Shown here: one piece after another, positions 54,401 through 64,000 of the stretch | Numbering within the stretch: the first letter of the stretch is position 1 | How the letters are laid out: every line of letters begins with the position of its first letter | NCBI RefSeq assembly: GCF_044704955.1 | Contig: NC_091998.1 | Coordinates: 44,516,001 to 44,580,000, forward strand | Direction: 5' to 3' | DNA from: Pristiophorus japonicus | Taxonomy: Eukaryota | DNA: 64,000 nucleotides | The notes under the pieces: model-generated | The model's input: the letters and a program-made list of their open reading frames with translations, nothing else | The model's database searches: none | What the model was told of the DNA's origin: nothing | Made by a program: the position numbers and the translations under genes

Positions 54401-56725
54401 NNNNNNNNNNNNNNNNNNNNNNNNNNNNNNNNNNNNNNNNNNNNNNNNNNNNNNNNNNNNNNNNNNNNNNNGCGACACGAACGGCTGCAGAATTCTCCCT
54501 GGCTGAAGCACTTTCACACAGGTAGGAAGATGGTTTATTTAATCTTTTCTTGGCTTATAAATGTTTATTCAGGTTGGATTTATTTGTATAATATTTGTAG
54601 AAGTATAAATAAGGATTTATTGTCGAATTTAATGAGTTCCCTTCCTCCCCCCTCCCCCCCACCTCGTTCTGGACACCTAATTTGTAACCTGTGCCTGATT
54701 TTTTAATGTGTAGAACAGATTTTTTCAGTTCTACAAAAATCTTCACTGGCTCCATTCTACTTTAGTTTGGAGTACATTTTCACTGTGGAAACTTTCAAAT
54801 CAGGCGTCAGTGGCTGGACACGCCCCCTTTTGAAGAAAAAATTCTGTTCTAAAGTAGAACTGTTCTACCTGACTAGAACTGCAGAAAAAAAAATGTGGAG
54901 AATTGCGATTTCTAAAATAGTCCGTTCTCCACCAGTTGCTCCTAAAAAATCAGGCGCGAATTATGTGGAAACTTGGGCCCTTAGTCACTGGTAAAGCTGG
55001 AGGCCTGCTCTTGTACCCTGTATGGGTTTCAGGATGTGTTAAATGGAATGAGAAATGCAGCGGATGGCTACGAGTTGTGCAAGTTTACAATTCTAATCTT
55101 AAATTCTGAATCTTTACAGGTCAACAAAATCCTGTTGAATTATTCAAAAACAGCTAAAAAGATGGATGTGAAAAGACTGAAGCAGAACATGTGGGATCTC
55201 CTGGTTGGAAATACACACATCCCAGATGGAACGGTGAGCGGTGTGCTGAATAGGATCCGCAAATGTGGGAAAGTTGATGCATCCTTTACAGCTGTAATAA
55301 GATTGAGTCTGGGCACTCCTGTGAGAAGCTGTGTTGCTGCTGGTGCAGTTATCCTCAGAAGTTGCTACCAGCTCACCAGGCAAACTTACTGTTGGAAACC
55401 TGTTTAAAATGCACTCGTCTTTTTGTGCTCGTAGTTTGTGGTTTCAAATCCCACTTCAGAGACTTGAGCACATAATCCAGGCTGGCAATCTAGTGTAGTA
55501 CTGAGGGAGTGCTGCACTGTCGGAGGTGCCGTCTTTCAGATGAGACGTTAAAACAGGTGGACGTAAAGGACATCATGGCACTATTAGAAGGAGAGCAGGG
55601 GAGTTCTCCCCAGTGCCCATGGCCAATATTTATCCCTCACCCAGTATCACTAAAACAGTTTACCTGGTCATTATCATATTGCTGTTGGTGGGACTTTGCT
55701 GTGTGCAAATTAGTTGCCACATTACAACAGTGACACTTCAAGAGTACTTAATTGGCTCTAAAGTGTTGGGTACGTCTTGAGATTGCGAAATGTGCTATAT
55801 AAATGCATGTCTTCTTATTAAACAGAATAGAGTGGCTGAGGAGCTGAAAATCAGTGCAATGACAGTGAAAGGACAGCAAAGCTTCACAATTATCACCAAG
55901 AATCTGCTTGAAAGGTTTGTTTTCTTTATCTTGTGTGGATCACCTTACTAATAAGGGTGTGCTGTTTCTGTTCAACTAGCCACCAGGAATATGTATCATT
56001 TTGTTTTTCATTTGTTTTAGAAATAATTCTTTGAATGATTAGAATCATAGAATGGTCGGAGGCCAGTCGACCATCGAGTCTGCGCTGGCTCTTTCGAAGA
56101 GCAATCCAGTTATTCCCGCTCCCCCACTCTTTCCCCATATACCTGCAATGTTTTCTACTGCAAGTATTGATGATGATTGATCCAGTTGGTAACTTTTGGG
56201 ACGCAGTATCCAATATAGCAGAACTGGGTGTCTCTAGGGTCTGAAGATCCTCATACCTGTGCCTCTACACTTAATTGTATGTGTGTAGTCTCCCTGATGC
56301 TAATGTCCAATTAGTACTCATTTTTTTTATGTCTACAGATTGCCCAGTACGATGGCAAATAACCTGTCTGTTCCCATGGCATTTGCCTGTTTGCTGCACC
56401 TAGCCAATGAAAAGGTACGTATAATACAGCATTGTTTCACCAGATATTTCATGAGTGACTGAACATCATGTATCTAAAAGTTGAGTAGCATAAAGTTTAG
56501 TCCTCGCAATCTGCAGGTGACATGCTAGAGAACCAGGGCTCCTGTGAGGCTGAGCACTGGATTACAGTTAGGTTTAGTGAGGACTGTAGTGGTTGATCGG
56601 GCACTGGACCAGGTCGAGATCTGGTGGCTGTTGCATGTTTAAAACAGCGTTTTATTATTTTACAGAATCTTGAAATCATAGGAAAGGAAGATTTGTCTGA
56701 TGTTGTTATCAAACAAGGAATCTGA
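33274..56725 (+). CDS. NCAPH: Condensin complex subunit 2 (CAP-H kleisin); 17 coding exons, 2100 nt, 699 aa
   Basis: All junction phases join into one open frame with [121 protein letters not shown]. Confidence 0.97.
33684..34393. mobile_element. hAT-like non-autonomous DNA transposon
   Basis: Imperfect TIRs CAGTGTTTCTCAAAC / GTTGGGAACCACTG; no recognisable TSD. Confidence 0.6.
34529..34616 (+). CDS. NCAPH: NCAPH exon 3
   Basis: [29 protein letters not shown]; ag/gt ends. Confidence 0.95.
35777..36247. repeat. 34-bp minisatellite, about 14 copies
   Basis: Unit ATTTCTGATTGGTCCCCTTGGAGGACAAGACTAG with variants. Confidence 0.95.
36594..36686 (+). CDS. NCAPH: NCAPH exon 4
   Basis: [31 protein letters not shown]. 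Confidence 0.96.
36938..37412 (-). mobile_element. CR1 3' fragment
   Basis: Minus-strand [24 protein letters not shown]. Confidence 0.85.
38500..38893 (+). mobile_element. CR1 3' end
   Basis: [18 protein letters not shown]; tail ttcttatgttct. Confidence 0.85.
39155..39275 (+). CDS. NCAPH: NCAPH exon 5
   Basis: [32 protein letters not shown]. Confidence 0.96.
39566..39699 (+). CDS. NCAPH: NCAPH exon 6
   Basis: [25 protein letters not shown]. Confidence 0.95.
39825..39998 (+). mobile_element. LINE 3' tail (HER1/HE1-type), left part; continues at 46780-46875
   Basis: ..gggtcaaaatcctggaactccctccc (WNSLP motif); the right part matches the SINE tail at 10081-10165. Confidence 0.7.
39999..40182 (+). 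pseudogene. Monomer A: U2 5' piece + U1 5' piece + U2 3' domain
   Basis: GCCTTTTGGCTAAGATCA; ACCTGACAGGGGAGTAACCATGACCAGAAAGTGGTTCTCCC (U1-like); CCTGGTATTGCAGTACTTCCAGGAACGGTGC. Confidence 0.8.
40183..40573 (+). pseudogene. Monomer B: U2-derived, with double poly(A)-tailed insert
   Basis: GGCCTTTTGGCTAAGA..insert..TCTGTTCTTATCAGTT (40340)..insert..TCTGTTCTTATCAGTTTAATA (40437)..CCAGGAACGGTGCA. Confidence 0.88.
40574..40762 (+). pseudogene. Monomer C: U2-derived, internally deleted
   Basis: TTCGCCTCTCGGCCTTTTGG..insert..TCTGTTCTT (40674)..GTCCACTCCACGCACCGACCTGGTATTGCAG. Confidence 0.88.
40763..40993 (+). pseudogene. Monomer D: near full-length U2-derived copy with insert
   Basis: CTCGGCCTTTTGGCTAAGATCAAGTGTA..insert..TCTGTTCTTATCAGTTTAATA (40854), Sm site GATTTTTGG, stem-loops III and IV. 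Confidence 0.92.
40994..41091 (+). pseudogene. Monomer E: U2 nt 1-38 plus insert, running into the Tx1 5' UTR
   Basis: CTCGGCCTTTTGGCTAAGATCAAGTGTAGTA then GCGCAAAGTGAGCTTTGGCG..A10. Confidence 0.9.
41403..42975 (+). pseudogene. Tx1 ORF1 (ZCCHC3-like, CCHC zinc knuckles), disrupted
   Basis: [23 protein letters not shown]; GIWTSKRQ; [35 protein letters not shown]; premature stop at 41610-41612 and frameshifts. Confidence 0.88.
42577..42750 (+). repeat. 42-bp (14-aa) tandem repeat, about 4 copies, in ORF1 C-terminus
   Basis: [14 protein letters not shown] / [14 protein letters not shown] / [14 protein letters not shown] / [14 protein letters not shown]. Confidence 0.85.
43019..46365 (+). pseudogene. 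Tx1 ORF2 (APE endonuclease + RT + zinc finger), frameshifted
   Basis: [30 protein letters not shown]; [39 protein letters not shown]; [13 protein letters not shown]. Confidence 0.93.
47308..47497 (+). CDS. NCAPH: NCAPH exon 7 (probable GC donor)
   Basis: [28 protein letters not shown]; GAG|GCAAGT in the phase needed by exon 8. Confidence 0.88.
47665..48030 (-). mobile_element. CR1 3' fragment
   Basis: Similar to 36938-37412. Confidence 0.75.
49082..49170 (+). CDS. NCAPH: NCAPH exon 8
   Basis: [29 protein letters not shown]. Confidence 0.95.
49698..49894 (+). CDS. NCAPH: NCAPH exon 9
   Basis: [23 protein letters not shown].. Confidence 0.93.
50153..50301 (+). CDS. NCAPH: NCAPH exon 10
   Basis: [24 protein letters not shown]. 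Confidence 0.96.
50638..50741 (+). CDS. NCAPH: NCAPH exon 11 (tandem acceptor; may start at 50641)
   Basis: [27 protein letters not shown]. Confidence 0.92.
51358..51480 (+). CDS. NCAPH: NCAPH exon 12
   Basis: [31 protein letters not shown]. Confidence 0.95.
52253..52409. mobile_element. hAT MITE (157 bp), 8-bp TSD
   Basis: TIRs TAATGTTCCCT / AGGGAACATTG; GCTAACAC (52245-52252) versus GCTGACAC (52410-52417). Confidence 0.8.
52514..52621 (+). CDS. NCAPH: NCAPH exon 13
   Basis: [20 protein letters not shown]. Confidence 0.96.
52760..52906 (+). CDS. NCAPH: NCAPH exon 14
   Basis: [24 protein letters not shown]. Confidence 0.95.
52921..53520 (-). mobile_element. CR1 3' fragment
   Basis: Minus-strand [23 protein letters not shown]; tail begins only about 15 nt after the exon 14 donor. 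Confidence 0.85.
53834..54980. mobile_element. PIF/Harbinger-type MITE, TSD TTA, containing the assembly gap
   Basis: TIRs GGGCCCAAGTTTCCACA / TGTGGAAACTTGGGCCC; TTA at 53831-53833 and 54981-54983. Confidence 0.92.
54278..54471. other. Assembly gap (194 N) next to a C-rich tandem repeat
   Basis: N run preceded by repeated GACCCGACCCGACACCCGCTCCCCC units. Confidence 0.99.
55120..55233 (+). CDS. NCAPH: NCAPH exon 15
   Basis: [28 protein letters not shown]. Confidence 0.96.
55423..55815 (+). mobile_element. Deu-domain tRNA SINE (SacSINE1-like)
   Basis: B-box-like gtttcaaatccc, Deu core ctgagggagtgctgcactgtcggaggtgccgtctttcagatgagacgttaaa, tail gctatataaatgcatgtcttctt. Confidence 0.8.
55826..55914 (+). 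CDS. NCAPH: NCAPH exon 16
   Basis: [30 protein letters not shown]; phases fit both neighbours. Confidence 0.88.
56339..56414 (+). CDS. NCAPH: NCAPH exon 17
   Basis: [25 protein letters not shown]. Confidence 0.96.
56666..56725 (+). CDS. NCAPH: NCAPH exon 18, coding part
   Basis: [19 protein letters not shown]. Confidence 0.95.
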   Translation, partial: NLEIIGKEDLSDVVIKQGI

Positions 56726-57078
56726 AGACATTCTGCCGTGTACATAGCTGTAAACGATTGGTTGAAGGGACTGTACATAGTTGTAAATCTTTCCTCGTGA
56801 CCGTAAGTCTTGTGCTGTGGCTGTACACCTCATGGATGCCTTTCGAAGGCATAGTCTCTTCTTCACTTTTGTGTAAAGAATATATTTGGAAAACCTGTCT
56901 AGAACTTCAGCCTTGAAATTATGCTTGAGATTTATTTTAAATGATTCACACCACTGCTAATATAGCAGAGAGGCAATTATATAAATACATTAAGTATTTG
57001 TACCTATTATCTATTCTACTGTCATTTATGACTTTTTAAAACTTTTATTTTAGCTAATGTATTTTGTTTTATAAATTG

Positions 57079-57118
57079 AATAAAGAAATGTAATGCGTGC
57101 TGTACCTTATCTAATAAA
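57079..57118 (+). terminator. Candidate NCAPH poly(A) signals
   Basis: AATAAA at 57079-57084 and 57113-57118. Confidence 0.6.
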
Positions 57119-57149
57119 GTTAAGGATTTAAAAAGAAATATAATATGCT

Positions 57150-59230
57150 TTAAGATGATAATTGAGAAGGACAAAAGTATGACGAAAACCAGGGTAATAG
57201 ATTGGAGAAAAGCTGATTTTGAAGGGCTGAGAATAGAACTTGGGAAAATAAAATGGACAACAATATTGGCAATAATAATGTAGAACAGCAATAGGAAACA
57301 TTTAAAACGGTGTTTAGCAGAGTGCAGGAACAATATATTCCGCTAAAAGGAAAGAACAAGCTAAACACTAATGAGACTCCATGGATGAATAAAGCCTTAA
57401 GGGAACAATTGAAGGTAAGGAAAGAAGCATACATTAAGTACATAGACAGCAGGGGAGTACATGATAAGGGAGAATACGAAAAGATTAGGAGAGAAGTTTA
57501 TAAAAAAAATAATTAGGAAGGCAAAGAGGAACTATGAAATTAAATTATCAAGGAACATAAAACAGAAAAATATTTTACAAGCACATCAATTTAAAAAAAG
57601 GAAGATTGGGATAGGAATTGTGCCATTAAGGGATAGACCGGATCATATCACAGGTAATAAACGATAGAGAGATGGCAGAAATATTAAATATTTTGCTTCA
57701 GTATTTACCATAGAGTTGGAACAGGTGGATATGGCATTGGATGATGAGATAAGTACATTTAAAATAAAAAGAGGGGATATATTAAATAAACTAATCAAAC
57801 TCGGATAATAAACCCCCTGATTTGAATGGATAGCACCCACACATTTTAAATGACCCTAGGGGTGTACCAGAGGATTGGCGGATAGCTAACGTAATACCTA
57901 TATTTAAGAAGGGGGATAGAACGTGTCCAGGGAATTATAGACCAATCAGCTTAACATCGGTGGTTGGAAAAATAATGGAATCCCTACTAAAGGAGAAAAT
58001 TGAACATCTAGAAACCAAAAATATAAAAACAAATAGTCAGCATGGATTTCAAAAGGGAATGTCTTCCTTGACCAACCTAATTGAATCTTTTGAATAGGTA
58101 ACATAAAGAGTAGACAATGGTAATTTAACTAGATTTTCAAAAGGCCTTCAATAAGGTACCCTATAATAGACTGATGAACAAGGTCAGAGAACAAATAACA
58201 CAATGGATAGCTAGCTGGCTTCAAGACATAAGCAGAGAGTAGGAATAAAAGGTAGCTATTCATGGTGGCAGAAGGTGGGTAATGGTGTTCCACAAGGCTC
58301 AGGCCTGGGGCCACTGTTGTTCACAATTTATATTAACGATTTAGATTTTGGAATCAAAAACACAATTTCTAAATTTGCGGATGACACCAAATTGGGGGCG
58401 ATAGTAAATACTGAGGATTGCAACAAATTACAGGACGTTAATAAATTTGCAGAATGAAGTTCACATAAATGTGAGGTATTACATTTTGGTAGGAAGAATA
58501 GGGAGGTCACTTATTACTTGAATGGTGAGAGTCTAGATGGGAACTAAGGGATCTCTGAGTAAAGAAACATAAATCGCTTAAAGTTGAGACACAGGTTAGC
58601 AAGGCCATAAAAAAAAAGCAAACCAAGCACTAGGGTTTATTTCTAGAGGTATAGAATTGAAAAGTAGGGAAGCTATGCTAAACCTGTATCGAACCTTGGT
58701 TAGACCACACAGTTCTGGTTGCCATATTATAAAAAGGATATAGAGGCGCTGGATACGGTGCAGAGAGGATTTACAAGGATGATACCAGAAATGCGAGGGT
58801 ATACATATCAGGAAAGGATGAACAGGCTGGGTCTCTTTTCTCTTGACAAAAGGCTGGGGGGTGGCCTATTAGAGGTCTTTAAAATTATGAAAGATTTTGA
58901 TTGTGGATACAGAGAGAATATTTCCACTTGTGCGAAAGTGCATAACTAGAGGCCATCAATATTAGTCACCAAGAAATCCAATCGAGAATTCAGAAGAAAA
59001 TTCTTTACCCAAACAGTGGTGAGAATGTGTAACTTGTTACCACAAGGAGTGGTTGAAGTGAATAGTATTGATGCACTTAAGGGGAGGCTAGACACGCATA
59101 TGAGGGAGAAGGGAATAGAGGATTATGCTGATGGATTTAGATGAGGAAAGACAGGAGGAGGCTCGAGTGGAGCATAAACGGCATGGACTGGTTGGGCCGA
59201 ATGGCCTGTTTGTGTCGTATATTCAGTGTA
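57150..59230 (+). mobile_element. CR1 LINE ORF2 remnant and 3' end
   Basis: [49 protein letters not shown]. Confidence 0.9.
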
Positions 59231-59282
59231 ATTTCATTTAAAATCAATGGGTCAAAATGTCACTGCCCTCTATGGTGAACAC

Positions 59283-59545
59283 AAAAGATCCCATTGCACT
59301 TTACCAAGAATAACAGAGTTCTCTCTGGTGTTCTAACCAATATTTAGCCTTCAACCAACGCCACCAAAAACACGATCTAACCATTTTCTCATTTGCTGTT
59401 TGTGTGACCTTGTGTGCAAATTGGCTGTCGCATTTGCCACTACAACAGTGACTACACTTCAAAAAAAAGACTTTATTGGCTGAGAAGCACTTTGTGGAAC
59501 TTCCTGAGGTTGTGAAAGGCGCTATATAAATGTGAGTTTGTTCAT
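59283..59545 (+). mobile_element. Deu-SINE 3' half
   Basis: aaagatcccattgcact..gtgaaaggcgctatataaatg. Confidence 0.7.
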
Positions 59546-61574
59546 TCACGTGTACTCTTGCAGGTGGCCATTTCCATAGGGATTGCACACAATCTTTCCA
59601 ATCTGTACTTCAGAGACAAGTTCCATTTAATGACACTTTCAGTTAATGGTATAAAACTCATTCAACCAGAAAATTCATAGCAGTTTAGTTCTAACAGTTC
59701 AGATTTCAAAGGACTTTTTCTTTAAATAAGGGGCACAACGAATAGAAACCCAAATCATAAAAAATAAAGATAACTTATCAAATTAGATAATGTTGCTGCT
59801 CGTGTCCAGTATGCCCTCCAGTCTGTGCGGTGCCCACCGGGCGCAAAAGGCCTCCAGCATACCGATGGACAGTGTGCTCTTTCTCCAGGGTCACCCGGGT
59901 GTAAACAAGTGCAACGGAACAGAGGCACGCTGACTGACCACTCCCCTGGGTCGTGTGCAACCTGAACCTGTGGATGGCCACCATGGGGCTAGGAGATTTT
60001 CAAATGGAAGGATTAAAAGAGCCCTCCAATTACGACTTTGAAAGGTTTATTTCTAAAGTAAAGATGCTTATAAACACAGTACAGGCATATAATTTGCAGA
60101 AATGAATTCCTTGTACTGACAAATGCCTCTCATTCTTGGCTTGTCAGTCAACATTCAGTACAACAGTCATCAGCTGTAGAGATGCAGGCTTCCGACAACC
60201 TTCCCGCAGTAGAATTCATCTGAAGTTTACTTCCGTCCCTGATGCATTAATTTAGCAGACAGGATGCAAAGGATTTGGCACTGATTCTCTACTTGTTTTT
60301 TTTTCCATGTAGATTTTTTTTGCTGACTGCTTACACTGTCAGTCAGAGAAAGTATTTTCCCAATAATGAGAAGATTCTGAGCACTGAGTTCCTTCGAATG
60401 ACGTGGAACGTATTGGTTTCACTTTCTCCTCGAGTCAGAGATACACTGCTGTGAGGCTATCTGAAAAATCCGCTGGCCTGAACTGGTTATGATACTGTAG
60501 TATTGAAAACTAACTCAACAGCCCTCAGTTGATACCGGCACGGTCTAATTGTGTTTTCTTTCTAAGTGATTAATGAGTGTTCTTTGACCCATCCAGTATA
60601 TCTTGGCTTCATGAGTTGAATCTAACTATCCTTACAGACGTGCCTTCACTTCTCCTTTTTCTGCCCACCCTCCCAACTTTCAACGTTTAAAGTGCCTACA
60701 GGGACTGGATGAAAAGAGAATGGTTTGGGAATAACAGCTAGGCTGTATGAAGCCAGACCTTTCCCATTTCTGTATCCTCCCCAGTGTCAAGTCACTGAAT
60801 TGGCAGAGTGAGAATAACCAAGAATTGGTAAGGAGGCAATAATAAACTTCTGGAAAGAACTGGAGGTTGACAGATCGTTCCCCAGTGACTGGCTGTGGAC
60901 AATTGTACAAAAAGAAAACTTATTTGTGATGAGCACACTCATTTTCTATTGATGAGGAATGTATTTGGTATATCAACTAGCGAGGCATGTCACTGGAGTG
61001 ACCTCATGTGCAGCTCCTGCAATTCTGTCAATGCAGGATATCCCCCGTGTGCATGTTGTCTCCCAAAATCTAAGGCTCATTTGTCTTATGGGAGTGAGGG
61101 GATTGTACTTTAGTGGTTGCACTGCCTGTCACTAACCGAATAGCACAGATTATCTTCCACATCAAGCTTCACAGAGCTAAGGATACGCAACTTCACTAAG
61201 ACTGGACTTGCCTACAATGGAAAATAAATATAGTGGCACGAACATTGGTTTGAAGTAATTCCAATGTAAAATGTTCATCGTGTGGACTCTTAACTGGTAA
61301 AACACACTAAGAAGCCCCGTGTTAAAATTTATATCCCACTCATGCCACTGACCATTAAAATGGTGGTGAGTCATTAATACTGATTGTATCCAACAGGTCC
61401 GTTATGTATCTACACATCACATTCAGTAAACCATTGAACTGTGGTTCACATTGAAGAGTTGTCAGAATCTTTAATTGTCTGACAGTGAACAGTGTTGATA
61501 TTCTTTTACACCAACTGCTGTTTGTAAACCTGAGCATGTGAAACAGGGTTGCTAAGAGCTGTGTGTGAATAGGA

Positions 61575-61765
61575 AGGTCTGGAATTCCCTAGCTCCACCT
61601 TTCCTTTAAGACGCTCCTTAAAACCTATCTCGGTGACCAAGCTTTTGCTCACCTGTTCTCTATCTCCTGCGGCTCAGTGTCAAACTTTGCTTGGTGTAAT
61701 GCTCTTGTGAAGCACCCTGGGACATTTTACTACATTAAAGGTACTATATAAATTCAAGTTGTTGT
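61575..61765 (+). mobile_element. L2 3' tail
   Basis: Similar to 28370-28580. Confidence 0.75.
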
Positions 61766-62808
61766 ATTATCTTCTAAAAGCCAAACACGGTATAACCTTC
61801 AATTTGATAAAGTGCTTTCTTCCCCTATCCCAGACAGTCGGGGAAAGGTAATAGAGACTTCCAGCAAAGCCAGTAGTGAAACTTTAAATGTTGTTAATTA
61901 ACCCCAACTGTTCAGCTCCACAGCTTGAGACACACACACACACACACACAAAAATGAGACAAATCCATATTGCCAACAGCAGTCTCTACGACTTGCTGAG
62001 AGGTTCCCTCGAGCTCAGTGCTGGCACTTTTCTGATTGAATCACTGGAAAATATTCCCTGGAAAGTATTCCCTGGAGTCCATCAGGAAAGCGAGCAGGAG
62101 AAATAGCCACTGTACATCAGCGAGTGAGTGAACAGTGAGTAGGAAGGTGTCAGTGAGCTGAAGCTCGGCGAGAAAGGTTCAGAGACAGTATCCTTTTGAC
62201 TGTGGCATGTATCGTACGCGATACACAATCATTGAAAGAAAATGTCCACATATTGTCCCGTTCAAAAGAATTTGAACTTTTTAAAAGTCTTTACAAATTC
62301 CACTTAAATGATACAAAGTGAAATGTAGGAAATAATGGAACAGATAGGCACTGCATGATTCTAGTTTATTTGAAGCACTGTAAAAGAGAAAAGTTTAAAA
62401 AAAAAGTTTTATAAAAATGTTTAATTTTTTTTACAAATGTTCAAATTCAGCCGTTCCAGGTTAAAAAGATACTGCCTCTTTATAAAGTATTGTGAACAGA
62501 AATCTTTTGCTTACATGGTAGAGAAGAGAACTCCAACCCCTCCTCAAGAAGGGCTCTCATCATCCCTCAGGGAGGAGCAAGTGAGCACAGCAACCAACAA
62601 ACATAGCTTTGGGATGTCCGCAGCATCTGGCCCCCAACCCCCCCCCCCCACAAAAATGTGTCAGCAACCGTTGAGTGGAGCTGCAAAGGATGACGAGGGG
62701 TTGGAGGTAGCTGCTCTAGATGAAGGAGTCCACCGAACAGAAGGGACAAGTTCAAAGAGTCAAGTGAAGTGAGATTTAAGGTGAGAAAATGGTGATGTGT
62801 CCGGATCC

Positions 62809-63715
<907 letters not shown>

Positions 63716-64000
63716 AAGAACAGGTCAAATAGTGCTTTGACCACTCTACAAAAATGGTGGCAACACCATTGCTATCTCAAACTTAGCCAATTTTACAATT
63801 GATGTAAAAGACACAGGGAACGCCCTCAACATTCATGCAAGAGCAGCCAAAGACATGTCTTGCTCTCTGGTAATGTAGGTGCCTCTGCTCTTGCACCTCC
63901 TCCCACCAGCATAGCTGAAGTAGGAAATAAGTGAGTGGGAAATCTGTGACTTTGTATTAGTTCTTAATGCTGCATCATCCTGTTAAATTATGAAAAACTT

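Noticed and set aside
54063-54517. Pro/Gly-rich ORFs spanning the N run
   Set aside because: Artefacts of the gap and a low-complexity repeat inside a MITE

Overview
Vertebrate genomic DNA, very probably a cartilaginous fish (inferred from the repeat families: CR1, L2, Deu-domain tRNA SINEs, HE1-like SINE, Penelope, Tx1). Three host genes are supported: ITPRIPL1-like (single coding exon 14676-16292, +), NCAPH/condensin I kleisin (17 phase-consistent coding exons 33274-56725, +, 699 aa, one probable GC-AG intron, CpG promoter with a CDE/CHR-like element) and the last coding exon of TMEM127 (62809-63116, -). The rest is dense, often nested, transposon debris, including a full-length decayed Gypsy LTR element (1348-6044, 5-bp TSD), a solo LTR, and Harbinger and hAT MITEs. 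The standout is in NCAPH intron 6: a near full-length Tx1-clade LINE (39999-46779) whose 5' leader is a head-to-tail array of five U2 snRNA-derived monomers (one also carrying a U1 5' fragment). Four monomers are interrupted at the same U2 position (the branch-point-pairing/Keno target site) by a hairpin+poly(A) insert, and U2 stems are kept by compensatory changes. The array and the LINE appear to have inserted as one unit. All coordinates and alignments were read by eye; no database search or folding program was run.
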